Shown: positions 10,401-20,003, counted from the first letter of the stretch. The stretch is DNA of 41,857 nt from an uncultured Verrucomicrobiota bacterium (GCA_937875495.1 CALLYA010000069.1:1-41857), one strand, 5' to 3'. The notes: generated by a model not told the origin, from the letters alone. Numbers and translations: made by a program.

Positions 10401-12328
10401 TCCTGCCGTGCGCATTCGTGCACAACGACTACGAGGTCTACTACAACTGCGGCTTCCGCTTACGGGGCAGTCCCTTCACCCGTGGGCAGGTCAGTCCAGT
10501 GAGTTCGAAGCGAGCGATGCGAATTCGGTTTCCGGCGGAAAAGTCGTTTCTGGATCGGGGTGAGATCAACCTCGATACGATGGAACCGGATCGCAACCCG
10601 ACCCTACAGAGCGAGCGTGTGGCCTACTGGATTGCCCGGAAATCCGGGGTTCCATGGAGCAATACGCAATTCGCGCGGGTTCAGGTCAATCAGAGTGACC
10701 ACGGCCTGTATGGTGACATCCAGAAGGTCGATTCCGATTTCCTCTCCTTCTGGTTCCCGAAGGATGACGACGGCTATTTATACAAGATCGACGACTGGTT
10801 TGAGTTCTATGATTCGGGCAATCGAGTGAATCGCAATGCGGACCTGTTGCTCTGGAACGGTGGCGATCTCGGCGGCTGGGGCGAGCTGAAGGAGCTCTAC
10901 CGTTGGAACTATCGCCCGCGCAGCAGGGAGACCGAGGATGAGTTTCAGCCGATCGTGGACCTCGTTTCGGCGGCCAACGCGCCTGCGAACGAGTACATCG
11001 CCCGCATGTCGGCGATCATGGACATCGACGAGGTCCTTGCCGAATTCGCGATGCAGCACATCGTCGGGAATTGGGATACCTGGGGGTATAACCGGGGGAA
11101 GAACGCACTGATCTACCAGCGCCCGTCGGACGGCAGGTTTGTGGCGATTCCGTGGGACATCGATTTCGTCATGGGCAGTGGTGCATCGGCCCAGGAATCG
11201 TTGACCAACACGGCTTTATTTGGGTTTGCTCAGATCTATTCCACGTTCGGCGATCGTTACGAAACGATCTGTCGTGCGATGGCCCGGGACGTCCTCGGAT
11301 CCGAGGATCTGAACGCGTACATTGATCGCACGTATGCACTCCTTCAGGCCGAGGGTATTGGAGCCACCGATCCCGCCCCCGTAAAGCAGTTCCTGCTCGA
11401 CCGGCGCGCCTTTATTCTGGGTCCGCCCATGGTGATCACGACCAATGCCGGGCGGGATCTGATCACGCACGAGCGGGAGGTGACGCTCATCGGCACTTCG
11501 TCGTACGGCACGACTCGGTTCGAGGTCAACGGCGAACCGGTCGAGGCGACCTGGCTCACCTCTACGAGTTGGAGTATCACCCTCGAACTGGCATACGGTG
11601 AGAACGCCCTGCATTTCGAGGCGTTTGACAGCGCCGATATCCCCACGGGCGCGGTCGACTTCAACGTGACGGTGCAACGATTTATCATGCACCAGCCCGA
11701 AGCGGGCAATTTCGGTATGACGATCACCTGGAACTCCCAGCCGGAGCGGCGGTACACGCTCTGGGCGATGGGAGAGGACCGCGTTCCCGTCGCGATTGCG
11801 AAGGACATACGTGCGAGCGGCTCGACGACCTCCTACATCGATTGGGATGCTACCGCCCATCCGATGCGCCTCTACTGGGCTGAGCGTCAACCGCTGGAAT
11901 GGATCCCAGGATTGGTTGCCCGCTATTACAGCGGCATCTTCCAGGGATTACTCCTCGAGCGGATCGAGCAGCAGGTGGCGAACTACTGGGATTCGAATGC
12001 CCCGGCGCCGGGCGTGCCGGCCGATCAATTCAGTATTCGGTGGACCGGTTATGTTCGGGTGCTCTATCCGGGCGATTACACCTTCTGGACGAACTCCGAC
12101 GATGGAGTACGTCTATCGGTCAGCGGCGTGCGTGTCATCGACAACTGGACGGATCATGGACCGACCTGGGACCAGGGGATGCTGCGGTTGCCTGCTGGAT
12201 ACATCCCCTTGGAGTTGGAGTACTATGAACGCGGGGGTGGCGCCACGATTGAGTTGCAGTTTGAGGGGCCGCAGACGCCGCGCCAGGTGATCTCCTCGGG
12301 GCGTCTCTTCTACAGACTGGAGCCTTGA
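7448..12328 (+). CDS. Large secreted protein: lamin-tail domains (about 3), CotH-like kinase, Ig-like region, C-terminal PA14
   Basis: Repeated I(S/N)E(I/L)M...(E/D)(Y/W)LELYN LTD motifs; CotH FRLRGS, GNWD, IPWDIDF; PA14 FSIRWTG..SDDGVRL..LEYYERGG. GGAG lies 8 nt upstream of ATG 7448. Confidence 0.85.
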   Translation: MFESGSMAKRIWVSSAMWVVFLAAGHGLTISEIMYHPMALPGDDAVGGEALEYLELYNPGPETEDLTGYAIGGGVSFAFPAGTLLGPEQCLLIAKSPDALNTFYQFLGVDFGDAAVFGPWLGSLANNGEVLEVYVEGGGRLLQMEYDDRRPWPVAADGTGHSLELLNPFADLNAPENWDISDLIGGTPGVPGGFSRPSAPGPSLSMEAWTELGFDDRDWFLGSMPLGMDPMGPYPIATELGDMLFLYTTVYVRLPFSVSTQDGWSGLELGVFYDDAFIAYLNGQEVMRSTTVRESPGIAVPHNGTSLNLLPELADYAEFDITEHMDKLRVGENVLAIQGVNTGISSNDFILAARLRGWRADGPVEFVPEGAHAAYFKGIREPTDLGAVSALNHRMGRKKWPEVVINELMSAATGGTSGDWLELYNRGTRSVEIGGLWISDDRDQLVEGTAFQIPFGTVLEPGAHIQFDREQLQFGLSSLGERVFLTSADGSRVLDAVRFDEQLLLDHSFGHYPDGAEEWVTMSQPSPGGAAVFSFEGGVIINEIMYHPISDLPEDEYLELYNRTDAAIDLSGWSLSKGISFEFPQGTLIPPGEWLVVAKDPTWIAARYGIGNVIGPFSGQLSNSGEWIRLVDALGNRVDEVRYYDGGDWPKVADGGGSSLERIDPRDPATSAPAWAASDESTKSEWITFSHTSTLTRWWEAFENELHLLVTGRAEMLLDELSMRLSSVEILPNGSFEDGVNGWKIEGTLIDSYVTAAESTDGVHALRLVSSGRGDTACNRMEAETTRVLKQGATYTISGKARWLSGDPILMVRTHAQGIAFTVDLPVPERLGTPGAGNSAWRANRGPTITDVMHRPAVPVPGEPVLVTARVEDVDDLDSVQLLYRLDGVDPDFLAPVRMVPTGDPAAGIFTGYIRGQAKDRLVAFRVVAVDGAGATASYPPEGAGWDCLYWVGGQQASQFGRYRLLLPQATTQELQARPAMSNHLLPCAFVHNDYEVYYNCGFRLRGSPFTRGQVSPVSSKRAMRIRFPAEKSFLDRGEINLDTMEPDRNPTLQSERVAYWIARKSGVPWSNTQFARVQVNQSDHGLYGDIQKVDSDFLSFWFPKDDDGYLYKIDDWFEFYDSGNRVNRNADLLLWNGGDLGGWGELKELYRWNYRPRSRETEDEFQPIVDLVSAANAPANEYIARMSAIMDIDEVLAEFAMQHIVGNWDTWGYNRGKNALIYQRPSDGRFVAIPWDIDFVMGSGASAQESLTNTALFGFAQIYSTFGDRYETICRAMARDVLGSEDLNAYIDRTYALLQAEGIGATDPAPVKQFLLDRRAFILGPPMVITTNAGRDLITHEREVTLIGTSSYGTTRFEVNGEPVEATWLTSTSWSITLELAYGENALHFEAFDSADIPTGAVDFNVTVQRFIMHQPEAGNFGMTITWNSQPERRYTLWAMGEDRVPVAIAKDIRASGSTTSYIDWDATAHPMRLYWAERQPLEWIPGLVARYYSGIFQGLLLERIEQQVANYWDSNAPAPGVPADQFSIRWTGYVRVLYPGDYTFWTNSDDGVRLSVSGVRVIDNWTDHGPTWDQGMLRLPAGYIPLELEYYERGGGATIELQFEGPQTPRQVISSGRLFYRLEP

Positions 12329-12413
12329 TCGTCGAGCGGGTGACACGGCCGGTCGCCCGTCGCATCGATTGACCCCGCGTTCGAAAAAGAAAATGGTTGG
12401 GAAAGCCCTCCTC

Positions 12414-12436
12414 CCGACAGCCGTCTCGGCTGTCGG
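12414..12436. other. Perfect hairpin CCGACAGCCG-TCT-CGGCTGTCGG between the two giant genes
   Basis: 10-bp perfect inverted repeat with no U-tract; function unknown. Confidence 0.5.
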
Positions 12437-12482
12437 CGTGGGCGTTGCCAGCAAACACGACCAAGCCCACAGGGTACAGGAC

Positions 12483-15400
12483 ATGCCAAAACATCGTCGA
12501 AAACCGGAGCCGGAGCGTCCACGTCGTCCTCGCAGTCGCAATGGGTGGCGCCCGAAGCTCGGCCGGGGAAGGCTGGCCGCCTGTGTGGCGATCCTGGTCT
12601 GGTGCGTACTCCACCCCGCCGGCGCGATTCAGGAGCCGGAGGTAGGGCTGCTGGAAGTCTTTGACGCCCGTGGGCAGGCCGGTGAACAGGCGGCGCGCAC
12701 GATCTGGAGCAGGAGTTTAGGTGCGCGTGGCGCGACAGAGGCGGCCAGACAGGACCTGCTCGGGTCGGTCTTTGGCACTTCCGGGCGCACCTCCTGGACG
12801 GGTGGGCGTGGTCATGCACTCCGGAGCTGGACGGCGGATGCCGCCGACGGGACGGCCGGCGTGCGGGTACTGGATCCCGCCCTGGCCGATCAATGGGCGG
12901 AAACCGCTTTGCATTGGCTCGCCGAGAACGCAGCGGTCTGGGGGTGGGACCGGACGGTCGCCGATGCGCTGGTGCTGGAGCGGGTGCGTCAATCTTCGGT
13001 AACGGGCGCGATCCACCTCTATTTCGGTCAGCGACTGGAGGGGCTGCCGGTCCTGGGTGCGGAGTTTCATCTGCACTTCGACGCAAACGGTGCACTGGTC
13101 TCGGCGTACAGTGGTACGTTCCCACTGTTGAAGCCGGCCGGGAAAGCGCCCTCGGCCGAAGCGGCGCCGGTTGAGATCATGGCATCCGCCCTTTCGGCGC
13201 TGGGGGACAAGCGGGATCCGGGCTTTGGTCTGGGCGTGTACGACGAGGCCGGGGGAGGATGGGTTCACCCGGACCTGGCCGGAGTGGTGGAACCTGAGGC
13301 GGTATGGTTCCCGACGGCGGACGGAGCGGAGCCGGCCTGGGTCATGGACATGCAGGAGCGGTGGACCGGATGGAACAATATGTATCAGGTTGTGGTGGGC
13401 GCGGGAACCGGTCGGCTCCTTGCCCGCAGTACGCGGACCTTCTATGCCGAGGAACCGAGGGGCAGGGTCTATCAGGACAGCCCGGCCCGGGTTGAGCACG
13501 AGGTCATCCCCTGGGTGCACGATCCAACCGCATCCCCCCTGGGCTGGATCAACCCGCAACAGCGGCGCACGATCGGCAACAACTGTTGGGCCGGGGTTGA
13601 CGCGGCTGGTGATAACAATTACGAACTGATTCCCGAGGCGGATGCGAGCCTACTCTTCGATCCACCCTTCGGCGACCACTGGTCACAGACCGAGGGTGCC
13701 GTGATGGATGATGGCGCTTCGGCCAGCGTGAATCTCTTCTATTGGGGCAATATCGTCCACGACTGGCTCTATTCACTTGGGTTCGACGAGCGTTCGGGCA
13801 ATTTTCAGGACAAGAACTTCGGACGGGGTGGAGCCGGCAACGACGCGATTCGGCTGGACGCCCACGACTCCGCCAACCTGCAACAGCGCAACAACGCGAA
13901 TTTCACACCCATGCCGGACGGGTTCCAATCGCGTGCGCAGTTCTTTCTGTTTACCGATCCTCCCTTTGTCTTTCGTGACAGCGCCTTTGATCCGGACGTG
14001 GTCGTGCATGAACTGATCCACGGACTGACCACGCGCATGATTGGTTCCGCAACGAATTTCTTCTGTTTTGAAGGGGTCCAGAGCGGGGGCATGGCAGAGG
14101 GTTGGAGCGATTTTTTGGCCAACAGTTTTCTGGATGACGGCGTGATGGGCGAGTGGGTGACGGGGAATGCCGAACGCGGGATTCGTCGGTTTGCGTTTTC
14201 CTCGGACATGTCGGTCAATCCGCTGACTTACGCGGATCTCTGCAATGAAGGCTGTCAGGTGCATCGGGACGGAGAGATCTGGGGGGTCACGCTTTGGGAC
14301 CTGCGCGATGCTATGATCGAGCGGTATGGGAAGGAGATCGGCGTCCCGCTGACGGAGCAGTTGGTGGTGGAGGCGCTTTCGTTCACGCCCTGCTCGCCGA
14401 GTTTCCTGGACGGTCGGGATGCGCTACTTGCGGCCGATCTCGTGATGAACGGCGGCGGCAACCATTGCATGATCTGGACGGTGTTCGCACGGCGTGGGAT
14501 GGGCGATCTGGCCGAGTCGATCGGGGATGGGGCGGATGTGACACCGAGCTTTGATCTGCCCTGTTCCTGCCAGACCTACACCGAGCCGCGATTTCGCGTG
14601 GAATCAGTCGTTTTCAACGACAGCAGGCATGGCAACGCCAATGCCGTACTGGAGCCTGCCGAGGTCGTGGAACTCGGAATCACGCTGCAGAACCTGGGCG
14701 CCTATGCCGCGGACCCAACGGTACGCGCGATCTCGCGCGATCCCGATCTCACCGTGATCGAGGATCTTGCCTTCTGGCCGGGCTTGGGGTGTTCGGCGAA
14801 ATCGCGCTCGATTGCCGGCGAAATCTCGGTCATCGCGGATGCCGGCGTCGTGCGTGACCAGGTATTGCACCTCGAGCTACAGATCGAGTACGGAACGGAT
14901 GGTGCGATGCAGGTGCTTCCCCTGGAATTGGTTGTATGCCCTGGATCGTACGAGATCGTGACCGACATTCCCTTTGATTGGCAGCAGGTCAATCCCGGGA
15001 TTGGGTATATCGGCTGGGACGACATGACCTACGAGGTCGAGCTCGGTTTTTCATTCCCGTTTTACGGGCAGTTGTACGACAGGATTCACATCTCCACCAA
15101 CGGTGTCATCGGATTCGGCAGCGACCCTGGTATGGCGAATATGGCACAGACGTTGCCGGATCCCGCAGCCCCGAACAACCTCGTCGCCCCGTTTTGGACC
15201 GACCTGAATTTCGAGCAGGGTGGCAAACTGGTCGTGCGCCCGACAGGGCCCGAGGGAGGGCGATGCTTCATCATCGAATGGCGGGATGCCGCGCACTACC
15301 CAAGTATCGGCAACGTCACGTTCCAGGCCGTGCTGTTTGAGGCGACCGGCGAGATTCTCTTTCAATACCAGGATGTCGATTTCGGGAACTCGGAGCATGA

Positions 15401-18400
15401 TCGGGGTGCCTCTGCATCGATCGGGATCGAGGACCGCTATGGGCTCAATGGTCTGAGCCATTCTTACATGGAGCCTACGATCGAGGGGGGGACGGCGATC
15501 CTGATCCGGCCGCGGGCGTGCGCCGCGATTGTGAGTCCGCGTGCCTACCTGCACTGGATCGAACGCGCCGTGCCCTGCGATGGATCGGCCACCTTGGAGC
15601 TGCGCGACCTCGATCTTGCGGGAGTGGGGAGCATCACCCTGGCAATGGAGTATTGGGCCGGCGGCGATCCAGGGCGACGGCCGTATGGCGAGATCGAACT
15701 CACGGAAGTGGCCGCGCCTTCGGGCGTCTTTACGGGTGCGTTTTCCATTCTCGACCGGCCGGATTTGGTGCCAGGCGATGGTGACCTGATTTTTGCCCTC
15801 TATGAGGACACCTCAACGGCGGCCGGTGGCCCGCGCGCGTTGGAGGCCATGCTACCGGTGGACTGTGAACCGCCGAACCTGATCGGCACCGGACTCAGCC
15901 TATTGGAACCGGAGCGCGCTGTGCTCACGGTCCGAGCGGATGAGAACTGCTACGGCACACTCCTGTTGTACAAGGACGCCTGCCCGTCTGTGCCGGGAGC
16001 GGAGCCATGGCGCCGGGTCGAAGGGGTTTTTGTCACAACCTACTCGGGCCAAGTCACGGTGGGGGAGCTGATGCCGGGGAGTCGCTACTTCTATCAATGG
16101 CTGCTGCGCGACCTGGCTGGGAACGCGGCGATCTTCGATAACGACGGCATCTGTTACGAGTTTTCGACGGAGGCTCGGACCACGGCACCGTACCCCTTCC
16201 TGGAGGATTTTGAACGTGAGGAGCTGGCGCCCTACTGGGATGCTGTGAGTTACGACGAGGGCAGGGTATCCATCACATCGCGATTCGAGCCGTACCACGG
16301 CCGCATGCACCTGTTGATGGACGACTATCTGATCAATTCCGCGCGGAGCCTCAATGAGCTGACCTTGACGATCGATCTGGAGGGGCAGGAGGATGTCTCC
16401 CTGCGCTTTTATCACAAATCGCTTGGGGATGAACCGAACGGGATGCCGGAACAGTTCGACAACCACTACAACGCGGATGGCGTGGCCCTGAGCCTGGATG
16501 GCGCTCGCTGGTATCGGTTGATCAGCCTGACTCCCACCGAGGGTGTGCAGTCGGAGTACCGCGAGTTTCGGGTCCCCTTGGACCCGGTCCTCGACCGTGC
16601 CTTCGGCCGGTTCCACGACCGGGTGCAGATTCGGTTTCAGCAGTATGACAACAGTCCGGCGGACCAGGATGGGTTTGCGTTCGACTATATTCAGGTTGTG
16701 CCGACGGACCGCACCCCGCCGGAGTTCGACGGCCTGCACTCGGTTCAGCCGGGACAGAACTCGGTGCGGCTGGGTTGGTTTGCTGCAACGGACTCCAGCC
16801 TTCCGATTCGCTACCGCGTTTACATGTCCTCCGAACCTGGGCAGCAGAACTTTCAGGAGCCGATCTCCGAGACGGTGGGGACGATTCATGAGGTCAAAGG
16901 TTTGAATGCGGCGCAGGAGTACCATTTTGTAGTGCGCGCGGTCGACGGTGACGGGAACGAAGACAACAATCGGGTGGAGTTCACGGCCCGGCCGCTCGAT
17001 GCGCAGCCGCCGGTCTTTCTTGGGCTCCGCAGTGTTCTTGGGGAATCGGAGGGTGTGCGCTTAGGCTGGATCGAGGGGCATGATGCGAGCCTACCGATCT
17101 CGTACGAGGTCTATATGGGTTCATCGGGTTCGCCGCTCGATACCTACGAAATGGCGCTGCAGACGACCAATGTATTTGGAGTTGTGACCGGTCTGCCCAT
17201 GGGGCAGGCGACCTGTTTCTTTGTGCGCGCGCGGGATGCCGCGGGCAATCTGGATAGCAACACGGTGGTGATGTGCGGCGAGCCGGTCGCGCTCCTACCG
17301 CAAACGCCTCCGATTCGGGACGGGTTTGAGGAGGGCGCGCTCTCAGCCAGCTGGCGTGTGCTTGGATCCGGGCGTGCGAGGGTCACGTCCGAATTCGGGA
17401 GCGCCGAAGGCGACCATGCTTTGCTATTGGATGCGCCCTCAGACGGGACGGAATTGCTCGGCAGCGCAGCGATTATGTTGGCCGATCTGGCGGGGAGGAC
17501 CAATGTCGTCCTCAGCTTCAGCTATCGGAATCTGGGCGACGAACCGCACTTACTGCCCGATCGATTCGAGGAGTTCGCGTTGGGGGACGGTGTTGCGATC
17601 AGTCCTGACGGGATCCACTGGGCGCGGGTTTACAGCCTTGCCGGCGGGAGTGATGGACTCTGGCGATCGGCCACGGTATCGCTGGATCCGATCCTTACGG
17701 AGCTCGATTGGGAGTACACCGATCGTTTCCGGATTGGGTTCTTCCAGGCGGACAACGCGTCCGCACCGCAGGACGGGATCTTGTTCGATCTGATTCATGT
17801 GCGTGAGAAGGATCTCGAACCACCTGTGTTCGGCGGGTTGGTGCATGCGGCTCCGCGAGATTCCGCAGCGGAACTCTTCTGGGAACCGGCGGTGGAGACG
17901 GAGTCGCCCCCGGTCTGGTATGAGGTCTATCGTGCTCGGGACGGGGAACCGATGCGATTCCAGGTGCCGGTGGCCTTTTCCGATCAGACCAGTGTGGTCG
18001 TATCGAACCTGAGCGGCACGGTCAGCTACCGGTTCGCGGTCCGGGCGCGGGATGCGTCGGGAAATGTGGATACAAACGAGGTGGAACGTGCGGTCCAGCC
18101 GTTCGACACCATCCGCCCTCAGTTCCAGGGCTTGCAGGAGATCCGTTCGGACGACCGCGCATTGCGGCTCTATTGGCAGGCTGCACGGGATCCGTCCCGC
18201 CCGATCTACTATGAGGTTTACTCGGTGGTGGATGGGACGGTCGGGGCCAAGGTCTACTCCACCCAATCCTCCAGCGCCGTGATATCGGGTCTGCGCAACG
18301 GCAGACCGTACTGTTATATGGTCCGTGCGCGTGATGGCGCGGGCAACCTGGATCTGAATGACAAGGTGCTTTGCGGCATTCCGACCGTGGCGTCGGAGGA

Positions 18401-19781
18401 GGTTGTATTTGTGGATGCGGCAGCGGATCCAGCGCTCGCGGACGGGACGATCTTGCGCCCGTTCCCGCGGATCGCGGATGGATTGGCCGCCGCCGCCCTG
18501 GGCGGCGAGGTTCGCATTGCAGAAGGGCGGTACCCCGAATCCCTGGCACTATCGACACCGGTTCGGATCTCCGGTGGCTGGCGTTCGGATTACTCTGTAT
18601 GGGATCCGGATTTCTTCACGGTGACCTTGACTGGTGGACCAGAGGCCTTGCCGTTGGTGGACATTCACGCCACGGGTGTGCATTGCGAAGGGATTCGGTT
18701 CTCGCCGGCCGGTGGTCAGGCTATCCGTGTCTCCGGCTCGGTGATCCTCGAGCGTTGTCGCATTGCGGGGATCGGCGGGGAGCCTGCCATCGATGTGGAT
18801 GGCGGGCAGGTCACGATGCTCAGTGTCCAGTTGCAGGGCAACGGCACGCAGCCCGGACCGATTGTCCGCGTGGATCGTGGGCATCTGGAGATGGAATCGG
18901 TCCTGCTGACCGGTTTCTCGCTACGCGGTGGGCAACCGGCCTTGCTCGAGCTGGCCAACGGCGCGACCGGTGGATTGCGCTACGTGACAGCTGCCGGGAA
19001 TCTACTGAGCGGGGGGGTGGTCCTTCGGGTGGACAGTGGTTCCTACTGCACGGGGTTGGGGCTGATTTTCAAGGGGAATCTGGGCGCTTCAATGGATGTC
19101 TTGCCCGATGCCGTAGTGGAGATCGATCACGCCTTTTTGGATCCGTACCGCGGCACGCCGGAGTTGGGTGCCGGGGTCGATCTCGAAACCGCGCCGGGCT
19201 ATCGCGCCCCTGGGCTCGGGGATTTTCATCTCACCGCGGACGCGCCTGCTGTGGATGTCATACCTTTGGCCGAGCTTGCCGGCGATCTGCCGCGTGCGGG
19301 TGCCGACGGCCTGCCGCGTCCGTTTGGTGGCGCGATGGATGCGGGCGCGTTCGAGTACCGCGATGTGGATGGCAATGGGATCCCGGACGATCGGGACATG
19401 GATGCCGATGGCGACGGTTTGCCGAACCATTGGGAGCGGCGGCTTGGGCTGGACTGGTTGAGGGCGGATGCCGGGGAGGACTATGACGGGGATGGGTTCG
19501 ACAATGCATCCGAGTTCCGTGCGGGGACGGATCCGTTCGATCCTGCGTCGGCGCTGCGGATTCTGGAGTTGCGCCCGGATGCGGACCGCGATGTACTGCG
19601 ACTGACCTGGCACGCGGTCGCGGGGCATGGATATGTGGTCGAATGGGCCGCCGCGGTGGGTGAGGATTGGGCCGTGCTCTCTCCGACCCTGCATGCCACG
19701 ATCGGCCAGGACCGTTTGGAATTCGAAACCCCGCTGGCGGACATGGGCACGGGGCTGTTCCGGGTTCGGCTGGTGGAGTAG
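12483..19781 (+). CDS. Giant secreted M36 (fungalysin-family) metallopeptidase with FTP-like propeptide, nidogen-like, FN3, beta-helix/choice-of-anchor-like and TSP3-like modules
   Basis: HELIHG zinc motif, GMAEGWSDF, GIRR, VH..GEIW; four FN3-like repeats; DxDGDGxP Ca-binding repeats; C-terminal GTDP..PAS..RI...FRVRL. The start is uncertain; M39 is followed by a basic N-region and a hydrophobic signal. Confidence 0.85.
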   Translation: MPKHRRKPEPERPRRPRSRNGWRPKLGRGRLAACVAILVWCVLHPAGAIQEPEVGLLEVFDARGQAGEQAARTIWSRSLGARGATEAARQDLLGSVFGTSGRTSWTGGRGHALRSWTADAADGTAGVRVLDPALADQWAETALHWLAENAAVWGWDRTVADALVLERVRQSSVTGAIHLYFGQRLEGLPVLGAEFHLHFDANGALVSAYSGTFPLLKPAGKAPSAEAAPVEIMASALSALGDKRDPGFGLGVYDEAGGGWVHPDLAGVVEPEAVWFPTADGAEPAWVMDMQERWTGWNNMYQVVVGAGTGRLLARSTRTFYAEEPRGRVYQDSPARVEHEVIPWVHDPTASPLGWINPQQRRTIGNNCWAGVDAAGDNNYELIPEADASLLFDPPFGDHWSQTEGAVMDDGASASVNLFYWGNIVHDWLYSLGFDERSGNFQDKNFGRGGAGNDAIRLDAHDSANLQQRNNANFTPMPDGFQSRAQFFLFTDPPFVFRDSAFDPDVVVHELIHGLTTRMIGSATNFFCFEGVQSGGMAEGWSDFLANSFLDDGVMGEWVTGNAERGIRRFAFSSDMSVNPLTYADLCNEGCQVHRDGEIWGVTLWDLRDAMIERYGKEIGVPLTEQLVVEALSFTPCSPSFLDGRDALLAADLVMNGGGNHCMIWTVFARRGMGDLAESIGDGADVTPSFDLPCSCQTYTEPRFRVESVVFNDSRHGNANAVLEPAEVVELGITLQNLGAYAADPTVRAISRDPDLTVIEDLAFWPGLGCSAKSRSIAGEISVIADAGVVRDQVLHLELQIEYGTDGAMQVLPLELVVCPGSYEIVTDIPFDWQQVNPGIGYIGWDDMTYEVELGFSFPFYGQLYDRIHISTNGVIGFGSDPGMANMAQTLPDPAAPNNLVAPFWTDLNFEQGGKLVVRPTGPEGGRCFIIEWRDAAHYPSIGNVTFQAVLFEATGEILFQYQDVDFGNSEHDRGASASIGIEDRYGLNGLSHSYMEPTIEGGTAILIRPRACAAIVSPRAYLHWIERAVPCDGSATLELRDLDLAGVGSITLAMEYWAGGDPGRRPYGEIELTEVAAPSGVFTGAFSILDRPDLVPGDGDLIFALYEDTSTAAGGPRALEAMLPVDCEPPNLIGTGLSLLEPERAVLTVRADENCYGTLLLYKDACPSVPGAEPWRRVEGVFVTTYSGQVTVGELMPGSRYFYQWLLRDLAGNAAIFDNDGICYEFSTEARTTAPYPFLEDFEREELAPYWDAVSYDEGRVSITSRFEPYHGRMHLLMDDYLINSARSLNELTLTIDLEGQEDVSLRFYHKSLGDEPNGMPEQFDNHYNADGVALSLDGARWYRLISLTPTEGVQSEYREFRVPLDPVLDRAFGRFHDRVQIRFQQYDNSPADQDGFAFDYIQVVPTDRTPPEFDGLHSVQPGQNSVRLGWFAATDSSLPIRYRVYMSSEPGQQNFQEPISETVGTIHEVKGLNAAQEYHFVVRAVDGDGNEDNNRVEFTARPLDAQPPVFLGLRSVLGESEGVRLGWIEGHDASLPISYEVYMGSSGSPLDTYEMALQTTNVFGVVTGLPMGQATCFFVRARDAAGNLDSNTVVMCGEPVALLPQTPPIRDGFEEGALSASWRVLGSGRARVTSEFGSAEGDHALLLDAPSDGTELLGSAAIMLADLAGRTNVVLSFSYRNLGDEPHLLPDRFEEFALGDGVAISPDGIHWARVYSLAGGSDGLWRSATVSLDPILTELDWEYTDRFRIGFFQADNASAPQDGILFDLIHVREKDLEPPVFGGLVHAAPRDSAAELFWEPAVETESPPVWYEVYRARDGEPMRFQVPVAFSDQTSVVVSNLSGTVSYRFAVRARDASGNVDTNEVERAVQPFDTIRPQFQGLQEIRSDDRALRLYWQAARDPSRPIYYEVYSVVDGTVGAKVYSTQSSSAVISGLRNGRPYCYMVRARDGAGNLDLNDKVLCGIPTVASEEVVFVDAAADPALADGTILRPFPRIADGLAAAALGGEVRIAEGRYPESLALSTPVRISGGWRSDYSVWDPDFFTVTLTGGPEALPLVDIHATGVHCEGIRFSPAGGQAIRVSGSVILERCRIAGIGGEPAIDVDGGQVTMLSVQLQGNGTQPGPIVRVDRGHLEMESVLLTGFSLRGGQPALLELANGATGGLRYVTAAGNLLSGGVVLRVDSGSYCTGLGLIFKGNLGASMDVLPDAVVEIDHAFLDPYRGTPELGAGVDLETAPGYRAPGLGDFHLTADAPAVDVIPLAELAGDLPRAGADGLPRPFGGAMDAGAFEYRDVDGNGIPDDRDMDADGDGLPNHWERRLGLDWLRADAGEDYDGDGFDNASEFRAGTDPFDPASALRILELRPDADRDVLRLTWHAVAGHGYVVEWAAAVGEDWAVLSPTLHATIGQDRLEFETPLADMGTGLFRVRLVE

Positions 19782-19811
19782 GTTCGGCCTGGCGGTCGGA
19801 TGCCTCAGGCA

Positions 19812-20003
19812 GAGGTCGGAGGTCGGAGGTCCGCTGTGGTTGGAGCTATGGCATATGGGGTAGCGGACGTTGGGCTTACTGGTGAGGGGAGGACTCGCGC
19901 AGAGGCGCAGAGGCGCAGAGGTTGTGGGTGTTTGGTTGGCGGACCTTCCATGCCGAATCACGCTTTGCATCGATACCGATTCCGATCGACCCCGACCCCG
20001 ATT
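19812..20003 (+). repeat. Composite repeat locus: (GAGGTCG)x~3, leader motif copy B (19825-19892), (CGCAGAGG)x3 (19898-19921), solo hexamer arm (19969-20003)
   Basis: All modules read directly, and each has a counterpart in 32056-32789. Confidence 0.85.
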
